Of a stretch of DNA of 64,000 bases, positions 31,697 through 40,922 are shown piece by piece. Within the stretch, counting starts at the first letter, position 1. The number at the start of each line of letters is the position of its first letter. The stretch spans positions 147,453-211,452 of the forward strand of contig JBBPII010000004.1 in assembly GCA_038040385.1 (NCBI GenBank), read 5' to 3'. The translations under genes and the position numbers were made by a program. The notes beneath the pieces are model-generated. The model saw only the letters and a list, made by a program, of their open reading frames with translations, ran no database searches and was not told where the DNA came from. This DNA comes from Candidatus Gilichinskyi gelida. Lineage in GTDB: Bacteria; Acidobacteriota; Thermoanaerobaculia; Gp7-AA8.

Positions 31697-33193
31697 ATGA
31701 ATCGCAGCCGCATCGTCATCGCCGCCGTCGCCGCGGTCTCCCTCCTCTTCCGCGCGCTCGCCTTCTTCCGCTACCGCTTCGACTCAGACGAGCCGCAGCA
31801 CCTGCACGTCACGTGGGGGTGGACGGCGGGGTTGCTGCAGTACCGCGATGTCTTCGACAACCACGCGCCGCTCTTCCACATCCTCACCGCGCCGCTGCTC
31901 GCGCTCGCCGGCGAGCGCGCCACGGTGCTCTTCTTCATGCGCCTGCCGATGCTCGTCCTCTGGGCGGTGGTCCTCGGATGCACGTTTGTCGTCGCGCGGC
32001 GGCTCTACGACGCGCGCGTCGCGATGTGGTCGACGCTGCTGCTGTCGGTGCTGCCGCCGTTCTTTCTGAAGTCGCTCGAGTACCGGCCCGACAACCTCTG
32101 GACCGCGTTCTGGATGCTGGCGGTGGTGGCGCTGCTCTCCAGACGGTTCTTCGTCGCAGGCTTGCTCCTCGGACTGGCGATGGCTACGTCGCTGAAGACG
32201 ATCCTGCTGATCGCCACGCTGCTCATCGCCGCGGCGATCACCCGCACGCTCTCGCGCGGGTTCGCGATTCTCCTCCTCGGCGCCACCCTCCCTCCCGCCC
32301 TCGTCGCCGCCTATTTCTGGTATCGAGGGGCTTGGCCGAGCCTCGTCTACTGCCTCGTCACGTTCAATCAATCGGTGGATGGGAAGTGGCTGCCACGGCT
32401 ACTCTCCGTCGTGGCATTGATCGCAATGGCGGTGATAGCCCGTAAGCGAGGGTTCTGGAGCGTCGCCACCATCGTTTTCTTCATCCTGTTGGCCAGCTTC
32501 TGGATCCTGCCGCTCGTCTCGCCGCGCGACGCGCTGCCGTTCCTGCCCTTCGTGGTGATGTTCGGCGTCGCCGCAGTGATCGACCGGCCGGCGCTGCTCA
32601 CGGCGACGGCCGCGATCTGCCTCGCCCTGATCGCGTACTACGCCGACGGCTTTCGCAATCGCACGCGGGAGTTCACCACCATGATGAATCAGGTCCTCGG
32701 CCTGACGCGACCCGGCGAATCGCTGATGGACTTGAAGGGCGAGACGATCTACCGGCCGCGCCCGTACTACTACATCTTCGAAGTCATCGGCCGGCAGCAG
32801 ATGCAAAGGCAGTTGATCCCCGACAACGTCCCCGAGGCCATCGTCGACGCGCGCTGCTACGTCACCCAGGCCGACGGACCCTTCTTCACGCCGCGCACGC
32901 GGAAGTTCCTCGTCGATCACTTTCTCGACATGGGGCGGTTGCGCGCGGCGGGGAGCCTCATCGGTGTGGACGGCAGCTTCGCCATTGCCGTTCCGGGCGA
33001 GTACGTGATGGTGAGGGAGGCGGGGGAAGCGATTGGCAAGCTCGATGGAACGCCGTACGCGGGAGCGCGGCGGCTCGACGCCGGGCCGCACCGCTTCGAG
33101 CGCGGCGTCGCCGGCGAAGTGGTCACCGTGTTGTGGGCGCCGGCGTTCCGGCGCGGTTATTCGCCGTTCCACCGGCGGGATCGCGAGTTCTAG
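31697..33193 (+). CDS. GT-C fold membrane glycosyltransferase (ArnT/PMT, GT39/GT83-like)
   Basis: Polytopic membrane protein with the first-loop acidic motif RYRFDSDEPQHLHVTWGW. Start is ATG 31697; the track ORF begins inside the tRNA region. Confidence 0.65.
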   Translation: MNRSRIVIAAVAAVSLLFRALAFFRYRFDSDEPQHLHVTWGWTAGLLQYRDVFDNHAPLFHILTAPLLALAGERATVLFFMRLPMLVLWAVVLGCTFVVARRLYDARVAMWSTLLLSVLPPFFLKSLEYRPDNLWTAFWMLAVVALLSRRFFVAGLLLGLAMATSLKTILLIATLLIAAAITRTLSRGFAILLLGATLPPALVAAYFWYRGAWPSLVYCLVTFNQSVDGKWLPRLLSVVALIAMAVIARKRGFWSVATIVFFILLASFWILPLVSPRDALPFLPFVVMFGVAAVIDRPALLTATAAICLALIAYYADGFRNRTREFTTMMNQVLGLTRPGESLMDLKGETIYRPRPYYYIFEVIGRQQMQRQLIPDNVPEAIVDARCYVTQADGPFFTPRTRKFLVDHFLDMGRLRAAGSLIGVDGSFAIAVPGEYVMVREAGEAIGKLDGTPYAGARRLDAGPHRFERGVAGEVVTVLWAPAFRRGYSPFHRRDREF

Positions 33194-33412
33194 CCGGCGC
33201 GCGTACCGTTCGGCACCTGCCGCTTCCGGCAGCGCGAGTGCCGGCAGGAGGCCGGCCACGATAGCGCGGACGTGATCGCCGAATGAGACGCGGAGACGAA
33301 CGAGCTTCGAGGACAACCACTGCCTTGACAGGCGCCGGTGTGAAGTCAACCATGTCGAATCAATGCAACGATTCCGGGGATCGCATCACTAACCTCGGCG
33401 AAGGAGGCATTC

Positions 33413-33796
33413 ATGCGACGTGTTTTGATTCTGCTGACGTTTCTCATCTCCACCACCGCATTCGCGGCCACGCCGGAGGGCTTCGTCTGGGGCGACCAGC
33501 CTGCGAATCCCGGCTACGCGCCGAGCGCCGCATACGCGTACAACTCGACCGGTGGCCCGATCCGCATCCAGCGCACCGCGGTCGGGATGTACAAAGTGAC
33601 GTTCTTCGGTCTCGGCGCCGCAGGCGGCGGCCACAAGTCGAACGTACAGGTGACGGCGTACGACGGCCGCAATACCTGCAACGTTCAGAGTTGGAGCGGC
33701 AGCCCCGATCTCAACGTCACCGTCAACTGCTTTTACATCCCGGACGGCTCGCTGAAGGACAGCAAGTACACGGTGCTGGTGACGTACTCGCCGTAG
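33413..33796 (+). CDS. small secreted hypothetical protein
   Basis: GAAGGAGG RBS. The signal peptide is MRRVLILLTFLISTTAFAATP. Confidence 0.6.
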   Translation: MRRVLILLTFLISTTAFAATPEGFVWGDQPANPGYAPSAAYAYNSTGGPIRIQRTAVGMYKVTFFGLGAAGGGHKSNVQVTAYDGRNTCNVQSWSGSPDLNVTVNCFYIPDGSLKDSKYTVLVTYSP

Positions 33797-33797
33797 G

Positions 33798-34538
33798 CTA
33801 CGTGTACAGCCCGCCGCTGACGTTCAGAACCGTCCCGGTGATGTAGCCGGCTTGCTCGGAGGCGAGGAAGACCACCGCGAAGGCGACGTCGTCGACGGTG
33901 CCGAGGCGCTTGAGGGCGATGCGGCCCTTGAGCGCCTCGCGCGCCTCCTGCGTCATCGCGCCGGTCATCGCCGTCTCCACAAAGCCCGGCGCGACGGCGT
34001 TCACCGTCACACTGCGCGAGCCGATCTCCAGCGCGAGCGCCTTGGTGAAGCCGATCAGCCCCGCCTTCGACGCCGCGTAGTTCGCCTGCCCGACGTTCCC
34101 CATCAGCCCGACCACGGACGAGATGTTGATGACTCGCCCCCATCGCGCGCGGATCATCTTCTTCACCACTTCCTGGCTGATGTGAAACGCGGAGTCGAGG
34201 TTGGTGCGCAGCACGCTCGTCCACGCCTCCGGCTTCATGCGGATGAAGAGGTCGTCGTCGGTGATGCCGGCGTTGTTGACCAGGATCTCGATCGGTTGCT
34301 GCTCCATGAGCGCCTTGATGCGATCGCGGACGTCGGCGGCGGTGATGTCGAGCTGCACGGCGGTCGCGCTGCCGCCCGCGCTGCGGATCTCGCCGGCGAC
34401 GCGCTCGACGCCCTCGACGCTGCGCGCCGCGCACAGCACGTTGGCCCCCGCCTCCGCCAGACGGCGGGCGATGGCCTCGCCGATCCCGCGCGAGGCGCCG
34501 GTGACGAGGGCCGTGCGGCCGTTCAGGTCAATTCTCAT
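33798..34538 (-). CDS. fabG: 3-oxoacyl-ACP reductase
   Basis: SDR motifs are present: TGASRGIGEAIA, NNAG, and a YAASKAG catalytic Y..K. Start is ATG 34538 (MRIDLNGRTALVTG). Confidence 0.9.
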   Translation of the reverse strand: MRIDLNGRTALVTGASRGIGEAIARRLAEAGANVLCAARSVEGVERVAGEIRSAGGSATAVQLDITAADVRDRIKALMEQQPIEILVNNAGITDDDLFIRMKPEAWTSVLRTNLDSAFHISQEVVKKMIRARWGRVINISSVVGLMGNVGQANYAASKAGLIGFTKALALEIGSRSVTVNAVAPGFVETAMTGAMTQEAREALKGRIALKRLGTVDDVAFAVVFLASEQAGYITGTVLNVSGGLYT

Positions 34539-34543
34539 ATCGT

Positions 34544-34648
34544 TGTCATTCCGAGCGTAGCGAGGAATCGGTGTGGTCGGGGGGCGCACCAAATGCCGCT
34601 CATCGCACCGCCCACCCACACCGATCCCTCGCTACGCTCGGGATGACA
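34544..34648. repeat. REP family A copy (long form), palindromic
   Basis: TGTCATTCCGAGCGTAGCGAGGAATCGGTGTGG ... CCACACCGATCCCTCGCTACGCTCGGGATGACA. The fabD stop codon lies inside its right arm. Confidence 0.85.
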
Positions 34649-35597
34649 CCTCCACAAATGCTTCCAGCGTCGGCACATCCGAGACGTTGATCACCTCGAC
34701 GGAGTCGTCGATGCGCTTGATCAAGCCGGTGAGCACCTTGCCCGGGCCGACCTCGACGAAGCGCCGCACGCCCATGGAGATCATCTTCTGCACCGACTCC
34801 ACCCACCGCACAGGCGATGCCACCTGCCGCAGCAGCGCATTGCGCACCGCGGTGGCGGTGCCGATCGGGGAGGCGTCGACGTTCGAGACCAGCGAGACCC
34901 AGAGGTCCTTGAAGTGCGCCTCGTCGAGGACCGGACGGAGGCGCTCGGCCGCGGGCTCCATCAGCGCGCAGTGGAACGGCGCGGACACCGGCAGCGGCAG
35001 CGCACGGCGGACGCCGCGCGTTTTCGCCACGGCGATCGCCCGCTCGACCGCGCTCTTCGTCCCGGCGATGACGATCTGTCCCGGCGCGTTGATGTTGGCG
35101 ACGGAGAGGACCTCGCCCTGCGCCGCTTCAACGCAGATGGCGCGCGCGTCTTCGACGCTCGGCCCGATCAGCGCCGCCATCCCGCCGGTGCCGACCGGCA
35201 CGGCCTCCTGCATGAACCGACCGCGCATGCGTACGATCTTCGCCGCCTCGGCCGGCGTCAGTCCGCCGACGCTGACGATCGCGCTGTACTCGCCGAGGGA
35301 GTGGCCGGCGACGAGGTCGCGGCGCGTGGCGGCCTTTTCCTCCAGCACCGCGTGCAGCGCGGACGACACCGCGAGGATCGCCGGCTGCGTGTTCTCCGTC
35401 AGCCGCAGATCTTCCTCTGGGCCTTCGAAGCAGAGGCGGGAGATCGGGAAGCCGAGCGCGGCGTCGATGTCGTCGAACACCCGCCGCGCGGCGGGGTACT
35501 TCTCGGCGACGTCCTTGCCCATCCCGGCGTACTGACTCCCCTGCCCGGGAAAGACGAATGCGGTGTTGTGCTCCACGTTCGAGCGCGAATGATACAT
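34632..35597 (-). CDS. fabD: malonyl-CoA:ACP transacylase
   Basis: Motifs FVFPGQGSQYAGMG and GHSLGEYSA. Start is ATG 35597 (MYHSRS...). Confidence 0.9.
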   Translation of the reverse strand: MYHSRSNVEHNTAFVFPGQGSQYAGMGKDVAEKYPAARRVFDDIDAALGFPISRLCFEGPEEDLRLTENTQPAILAVSSALHAVLEEKAATRRDLVAGHSLGEYSAIVSVGGLTPAEAAKIVRMRGRFMQEAVPVGTGGMAALIGPSVEDARAICVEAAQGEVLSVANINAPGQIVIAGTKSAVERAIAVAKTRGVRRALPLPVSAPFHCALMEPAAERLRPVLDEAHFKDLWVSLVSNVDASPIGTATAVRNALLRQVASPVRWVESVQKMISMGVRRFVEVGPGKVLTGLIKRIDDSVEVINVSDVPTLEAFVEVSSRA

Positions 35598-35610
35598 GTA
35601 GAATCGGCGC

Positions 35611-36141
35611 GTGCCCGACGACGCGCGCGCCAAGCTGATCGACCAATTGCAGGGCGCGTATTCGGGTGAGCTCGCCGCCGGATTCGCCTACCGCGGCCAC
35701 TGGCACAGCGTGCGCGACCCGCAGGAGCGCGAGCGCATCCGGCAGATCGAAGCGGACGAGTGGCACCACCGCCGGCTGGTCGGCGGACTGCTCCAGCAGC
35801 TCGGCGCGAAGCCGCGGCCTCTCCGCGAGATCGCTTTCTGGATGATCGGCAAGTTCATCGGCGGCTTCTGCCACGTCGGCGGCTGGTTCTTCCCGATGTA
35901 CGGCGCCGGGCGGCTGGAGCGCTCCAACATCGTCGAGTACGAGGACGCCGCGACGTACGCCGCCGCGTGCGGGCACGAGGACATGATCGACTGCCTGCTG
36001 ACCATGGCTGAGGTGGAGTGGGAGCACGAGCACTTCTTCCGCAACAAGGCGCTGGGGCATCCCCTGACGCGGCTGTTCCGGATCTGGAAGGCGCCGGCGG
36101 CGAAGGAGACGATTCGGGCGAAGCGCGCGACCGCCGCCTAA
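35611..36141 (+). CDS. ferritin-like di-iron carboxylate family protein
   Basis: Two E..H motifs are present (EADEWHH, EVEWEHEHF) in a helical protein of about 175 aa. GTG start. Confidence 0.55.
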   Translation: MPDDARAKLIDQLQGAYSGELAAGFAYRGHWHSVRDPQERERIRQIEADEWHHRRLVGGLLQQLGAKPRPLREIAFWMIGKFIGGFCHVGGWFFPMYGAGRLERSNIVEYEDAATYAAACGHEDMIDCLLTMAEVEWEHEHFFRNKALGHPLTRLFRIWKAPAAKETIRAKRATAA

Positions 36142-36150
36142 CCGCCCGCC

Positions 36151-36576
36151 ATGCGCTCCGTCCAACCCTTCATGAGAAAGCTCGCCATCGCTCTGCTCGC
36201 CTTCGCCGCCGCGATCCCCGTCGTCGCCAAGACCAAGCACAAGGAAAAGCGGTTTGAGCCGGTGGCGATCACCAATCCGGCCCAGGCCGCCGGACGGTAC
36301 GTCGGCATCGATCCCGATGTAGTCATCGAGCTGCACGGGAGCAGCGGAACGCTGCGCAACTTCAAGCGCACCGCGACGCTCGAGAACGTGGTCTACCAAG
36401 GCAGCGAGCTGAAGGCGACGGCGATCTACGCCGGCGGACGCCGCGAGCCGCTGCAGGCCACCTTCGTCAATCGGGTGAAGAACGGCGAGACGGCATTCGG
36501 CCTGATGTTGCGCAATGCGGACGTGCGCATCGACGCCTACATGACCATCCAGAATCTGTTCTGCCGGAGGGAGTGA
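36151..36576 (+). CDS. small secreted hypothetical protein
   Basis: Signal-peptide-like MRKLAIALLAFAAAIPVVAKT. The start may be the internal ATG at 36172. Confidence 0.5.
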   Translation: MRSVQPFMRKLAIALLAFAAAIPVVAKTKHKEKRFEPVAITNPAQAAGRYVGIDPDVVIELHGSSGTLRNFKRTATLENVVYQGSELKATAIYAGGRREPLQATFVNRVKNGETAFGLMLRNADVRIDAYMTIQNLFCRRE

Positions 36577-37596
36577 TTACGCCTCGTGCTCGTGCGTATG
36601 CAGCTCGAGCACTTTGGCGCGGATCTTCTCGTCGATGCGATTGCGCGCGAAGTCGTAGGCCACGCGCACGGCGTTCTTGATCGCCTTGGCGTTCGAGCGG
36701 CCGTGGCAGACGATGCACCCGCCCTTCACCCCGAGCAGCGGCGCGCCGCCGTACTCCGAATAGTCCATCCGCTTCTTCAGCCCGTCGAATGCGCTCTTGG
36801 CGAGCAGCGCGCCGATCTTGCGGCGGAACGTCTTGGTCAGCTCTTCGCGCAGGGTCTTGTTGACCATCTCCCCCAGCGCCTCGGAGGCCTTGAGCACGAC
36901 GTTGCCGACGAAGCCGTCGCAGACCACCACGTCCGCGTTGCCGTTGTAGAGGTCGCGCCCTTCGGCGTTGCCGATGAAGTTGAGCCCCGTCTCCTTCAGG
37001 ACGCGGTAGGTCTCCTTCGTCAGCTCGTTCCCCTTCCCCTCCTCCTCGCCGATCGATAGGAGACCGACGCGCGGCTCATCGAAGCCGAAGAGCATCTGCG
37101 CGTAGAAGTGACCCATGACCGCGAATTCGCGGAGGTGGTTGGGCTTGGTCTCCACGTTGGCGCCGACGTCGAGCAGCAGCGTGTGTCCCTTCGAGCTGGG
37201 GACGATCGCGGCGAGCGCCGGGCGGCTAACGCCCTCGATCATCCCCATCACCGCGCGCGCCGAGGTCCACGTGGCGCCGGTGTTGCCGGCGGAGACGAAG
37301 GCGTGGGCGCGCCCCTCGGCCACCAGGTTGGCGCAGATGCGGACCGACGAGTTCTTCTTCTTGCGCAGCGGCGCGAGCGCGGTGTCGTCCATCTCCACGA
37401 CTTCGCGCGCGTCGACGACTTCGATGTTGCGCGGGACCGAGTCAGCCGCGGCGAGATTCTTGCGGACGACTTCTTCCTGTCCGACCAGCAGAATTTCCAC
37501 CGGGTACTCGCGCGCGGCGAGCACCGCGCCCGCCACGATCTCCTCGGGTGCGTGATCGCCGCCCATCGCGTCGAGGGCGATGCAGACGTCCGTCAT
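36577..37596 (-). CDS. plsX: phosphate acyltransferase PlsX
   Basis: The N-terminus IALDAMGGDHAPEEIV plus full-length similarity to the PlsX pattern. It lies downstream of rpmF, as in the canonical cluster. Confidence 0.9.
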   Translation of the reverse strand: MTDVCIALDAMGGDHAPEEIVAGAVLAAREYPVEILLVGQEEVVRKNLAAADSVPRNIEVVDAREVVEMDDTALAPLRKKKNSSVRICANLVAEGRAHAFVSAGNTGATWTSARAVMGMIEGVSRPALAAIVPSSKGHTLLLDVGANVETKPNHLREFAVMGHFYAQMLFGFDEPRVGLLSIGEEEGKGNELTKETYRVLKETGLNFIGNAEGRDLYNGNADVVVCDGFVGNVVLKASEALGEMVNKTLREELTKTFRRKIGALLAKSAFDGLKKRMDYSEYGGAPLLGVKGGCIVCHGRSNAKAIKNAVRVAYDFARNRIDEKIRAKVLELHTHEHEA

Positions 37597-37605
37597 CGCG
37601 ACAGC

Positions 37606-37791
37606 TTAGAGGACATCCTTGACGGCGAGAACCTCACGGCCTTTGTAGTAGCCGCACTTCGGGCAGACGCGGTGCGGCATTTTCATCTCGTGGCACTGCG
37701 GGCAGGTCGACAGCGACTTCGTCTCGAGGAAGTCGTGCGCGCGCCGCGTGCGGGTGCGCTGCTTGGAATGGCGTCGTTTTGGATTCGGCAT
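37606..37791 (-). CDS. rpmF: 50S ribosomal protein L32
   Basis: MPNPKRRHSKQRTRTRRAH ... CPQCHEMKMPHRVCPKCGYY. 61 aa. Confidence 0.95.
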   Translation of the reverse strand: MPNPKRRHSKQRTRTRRAHDFLETKSLSTCPQCHEMKMPHRVCPKCGYYKGREVLAVKDVL

Positions 37792-37837
37792 GGTTCGTAG
37801 CTCCTTGTTCGACGGGCTGAAGCCCGTCCTACATGTC

Positions 37838-38404
37838 TTACACGTCTTTCTTTTTCGCCAACTGCTCCCGGATCTCGTGCAGCGCGCCCCACCGCTCATC
37901 GGTGATCGACGCCTCGCACTTGCATCCCTCGCGGTTCCTGTTCGCGCCGCAACCCGGACAGAGTCCGAGGCAGTTCTCTTCGCACAACGGCTTCATCGGA
38001 ATGGCGAGCTGGACCTGCTCGGCTGCCAGGTCACGCAGGGGAATCGATCGCTCCGTATAGAACTCGACGTCGAGGTCGTCGGAAGCGATCTCCACCTCTT
38101 CGTTCTCCGGAGAGATCTCGAGGCGGGGGCGGAATCTTAAGTGAAACGTCGCCGAGTTCGCAAACGGGTACGGCTCCACGCATCGCGAGCAGGCAAAGTC
38201 GGCGGTGAACTTCGACGACCCGTCGATGAGGTATTCGCCGGGCTGGTCGCCCTGGCGAGCCGTCGCCTCGATGGAGATCGGACCGAGGCCCTCCAACTCG
38301 ACCCGCCCGAGCTCCTGCGGGGTGAGCTGATAGGTCCGGCTGAGGGTCTGCGGACCGTACTTGTTGATCTCGTCGAAAACGATGAAGTCCTGTGTGTCCA
38401 ACAT
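37838..38404 (-). CDS. yceD: YceD/DUF177 family protein
   Basis: The C-terminal CEENCLGLCPGCGANRNREGCKC motif, and its position upstream of rpmF. Confidence 0.85.
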   Translation of the reverse strand: MLDTQDFIVFDEINKYGPQTLSRTYQLTPQELGRVELEGLGPISIEATARQGDQPGEYLIDGSSKFTADFACSRCVEPYPFANSATFHLRFRPRLEISPENEEVEIASDDLDVEFYTERSIPLRDLAAEQVQLAIPMKPLCEENCLGLCPGCGANRNREGCKCEASITDERWGALHEIREQLAKKKDV

Positions 38405-38447
38405 GATGCCGACGCTCTAACTGCGCCCCTCATCAGTCTATTTCTGT

Positions 38448-38487
38448 GAGATCCCTCGCTGACGCTCGGGATGACGCTGCGCGTCAT
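38448..38487. repeat. REP family A half-copy plus short palindrome
   Basis: GAGATCCCTCGCTGACGCTCGGGATGACG followed by the palindrome ATGACGC-TGC-GCGTCAT. It overlaps the stop codon of the 38484..39659 gene. Confidence 0.7.
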
Positions 38488-39659
38488 TTCGCCGTGATCC
38501 GCACCCGCAAGACCTCTGCCGCGCCGTCATCCGAGGCCGCCGCTTCGATGGCCGAGGCCCGCTCCAGGCCGCCGATCCAGTGCTCCAGATCGCGCGCGGA
38601 GCGGAACAGCCGCGGCGCGGCGACGCGCAGGCCGAGACTGTCGCCGAGCTTGCGAAGGATGGGCGCCAGGCGCTGCGGATCGGCGCGAAGCGACCAGACG
38701 TTGCCGGGGAGGCGGGCCGGCTCAAACGCATCCTTTAGATATGTGTCGAGGCTGTCGTCGAAGGAGAGGAGGATCTGGCCGTCCTTCTCGGCGGTCCGGA
38801 CGCGCACGCCGAGGGCCTCGGCCTCTCGCGCGCGGTCGACGAAGGCGGCGAACGCAGCGCGGCGGGCGTCGTCGGCGGGGATGGCGATGACGCCGAGAGG
38901 GCGCGGGAGGAGTTTGCGGGTCTCGACGTCGTAGATGGCGATGCTGCCGCCGTTCTCGAGCAGGGCGGAGACTTTGGTGCCGAAGAGGCGGTTGAGGTCC
39001 TCGGCGGCGCGGGGCATCTCGGTGAAGGTGGCGGCGAGGAGCGCGGCGCGGGGAAATGATGTAGACGTTGCACGTTGCACGTTGCGAGTTGCGAGTTGCG
39101 CGCGCGAGGTTAGCTCGATGGCGTTCGGCGTTACCGCCACTGAGGTGACGGCCGGGCGGGCGATGGGGGGGAACGCGCCGCGCGACTGTGCGCGCTGCAC
39201 GACGAAGGCGTCGCCGGGCGGGAGGGAGGCGGCGAGGACGAGGATGGCGTCGAGGTCCGCGGAATCCATCGGCGATCCGGGCGGCTCGTTGCGGACGAAC
39301 AGCGAACGAAGAGGGTCGGTGTGCACGAGATAGCGCGTGCCGCCGCCCGACTCGCGCCAGACGAGAAGGTCCGCGCCGCCGAGCATCCACGGCGCGGGCA
39401 GGGACTGCTTCTCTTCGAAGGAGGCGATGGCATCGCGCGTAACCGGATTCGCGCGCAGCTTGGCCTCGAACGCCGCGGCGGTTGGAATGAGCGCGAATGA
39501 CTCAGCGGAGGACGGCACCTGCGCCACCAGCGCGCGTTGCGCCGCCGTCAGCGGAAAGCGGACGCCCGCGCTGCGGCTCGGCGTGGTGGTGAAAAGGTAG
39601 ACCGCGATCCCGCCGAGGACGGCGGCGAGGAGGAGGATTGTGATGAGAAGCTTTCGCAT
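38484..39659 (-). CDS. hypothetical exported/membrane-anchored protein
   Basis: The N-terminus MRKLLITILLLAAVLGGIAVYLF is hydrophobic. I recognise no family. It contains the heptamer tract at 39067-39101. Confidence 0.55.
   Translation of the reverse strand: MRKLLITILLLAAVLGGIAVYLFTTTPSRSAGVRFPLTAAQRALVAQVPSSAESFALIPTAAAFEAKLRANPVTRDAIASFEEKQSLPAPWMLGGADLLVWRESGGGTRYLVHTDPLRSLFVRNEPPGSPMDSADLDAILVLAASLPPGDAFVVQRAQSRGAFPPIARPAVTSVAVTPNAIELTSRAQLATRNVQRATSTSFPRAALLAATFTEMPRAAEDLNRLFGTKVSALLENGGSIAIYDVETRKLLPRPLGVIAIPADDARRAAFAAFVDRAREAEALGVRVRTAEKDGQILLSFDDSLDTYLKDAFEPARLPGNVWSLRADPQRLAPILRKLGDSLGLRVAAPRLFRSARDLEHWIGGLERASAIEAAASDDGAAEVLRVRITAK
39067..39101. repeat. 5 x 7-nt tandem repeat inside a CDS
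   Basis: GTTGCAC GTTGCAC GTTGCGA GTTGCGA GTTGCGC. Confidence 0.9.
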
Positions 39660-39677
39660 CTACCATCCGCGGCGCCG

Positions 39678-40922
39678 ATGATCGCCGTCATCCGCCACAT
39701 CCTTCAGGTTCTGGGCCACGCGTTCGCCAGCCGCCTCCGGCGCGCGTGGCGCGCCGCCGCGCATCGGGAGCGGAAGCTGCGCGTCGGCGTCGACATCCGG
39801 CCGTTCTACGAGCCGCTGACCGGCATCGGCTGGTATCTCTATCACCTGTTGCACGAGATCGCGAAACGCGACGACGTCGAGCTGCTGCTCTTCGGCGACG
39901 CGCGCGTCACCGACCTCGGGCCGCACCTCCATGCCGACCCGCCGGCCGCCGCCCAGCTCTGCTGGTTCGACTTGCGGGGACGCGGCCGCATCGGCCGCGC
40001 CGAGCGCGCGCTCACCGCCGCCGCGTACGTGTTGTGGATGAAGCTCCTCGACCCCGACGTGATCTTCGGCGCGAACTACTTTCTCCCACGACTCCTCGGC
40101 GCCATCGCGCGCAGGCGCGTGGTGACGGTGCACGACCTGACGTACAAGCGCTTCCCCGATCTGCTGCAGAAGGAGACGCTGGAGAGCCTCGAGCGCCACA
40201 TGACGCGCGAGCTCGCTCTGGCCGACGCGGTGATCTGTGTATCGGAGTCGACGCGCGATGATTTGCTGGAGTTCTACGAAGTCGACGAGGGCCGTGTTCA
40301 CGCCATTCACTCCGGTGTCATCCCGAGCCGCGAAGACGGCGAGGGATCCCCTCCGCATATGCACGGGGGATCCCTCGCTCCGCTCGGGATGACATCGCGC
40401 TACATCCTCTTCGTCAGCACTATCGAGCCGCGCAAGAACCTCGGCGTGCTCCTCGACGCCTTCGAGCGCCTCCGCGCCCGCGGCGCGTACGACGGATCGC
40501 TGGTCGTGGTGGGGAAGATCGGCTGGAAGGCGGCGACGATCGCGCGGCGACTCCGCGCGCCGGGGGTCATGCACCTCGACTACCTCGACCCCGCCGATCT
40601 CGCCGCGGTCTACGCCAACGCGGAGCTGTTCGTTTTCCCGTCGATCTACGAGGGATTCGGCTTTCCGCTGCTGGAGGCGATGGCGCACGGCGTGCCGTCG
40701 ATCGCCGCGCGCTCGTCGTCGCTGCCGGAGATCGGCGGCGACGCGGCGCTCTACTTCGATCCGCACGACGCGCACGCGCTCGAGGCGCTCATGGAGCGCG
40801 CGCTCACCGACCGCGCGCTGCGCGACGATCTCGCCGCGCGCGGTCGCGCGCGGGCGGCGGAGTTCCGGTGGGACCGCGCGGCGGAGCAGACGCTCGCGGT
40901 GTTGCGCTCTGTGTCATCCTGA
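39678..40922 (+). CDS. GT4-family glycosyltransferase 1 (carries an in-frame REP copy)
   Basis: Motifs FVSTIEPRKN and FPSIYEGFGFPLLEAMAHGVP (the E..7E region). Start is ATG 39678. The stop TGA 40920-40922 lies inside a REP copy. Confidence 0.85.
   Translation: MIAVIRHILQVLGHAFASRLRRAWRAAAHRERKLRVGVDIRPFYEPLTGIGWYLYHLLHEIAKRDDVELLLFGDARVTDLGPHLHADPPAAAQLCWFDLRGRGRIGRAERALTAAAYVLWMKLLDPDVIFGANYFLPRLLGAIARRRVVTVHDLTYKRFPDLLQKETLESLERHMTRELALADAVICVSESTRDDLLEFYEVDEGRVHAIHSGVIPSREDGEGSPPHMHGGSLAPLGMTSRYILFVSTIEPRKNLGVLLDAFERLRARGAYDGSLVVVGKIGWKAATIARRLRAPGVMHLDYLDPADLAAVYANAELFVFPSIYEGFGFPLLEAMAHGVPSIAARSSSLPEIGGDAALYFDPHDAHALEALMERALTDRALRDDLAARGRARAAEFRWDRAAEQTLAVLRSVSS
40316..40394. repeat. 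REP family A copy (short form) inside the GT4-1 coding sequence
   Basis: TGTCATCCCGAGCCGCGAAGACGGCGAGGGATC...GGGGGATCCCTCGCTCCGCTCGGGATGACA. It is nearly identical to the intergenic copy at 46753-46830. Confidence 0.9.

Noticed and set aside
35128-36399. 423-aa minus-strand ORF across fabD, the ferritin-like gene and the small secreted gene; likewise 39660..40775, 40751..41698, 43179..44006, 44131..45102, 45823..46794, 46736..48400, 46738..48423, 48710..49861, 49996..51486, 52073..53650, 53647..54567, 54521..55846, 58004..60364, 58707..60071, 60312..61451, 61072..61815 and 61103..62203
   Set aside because: All overlap well-supported housekeeping genes in another frame or strand. They have Arg/Pro/Gly-rich, low-complexity composition and no family motifs.
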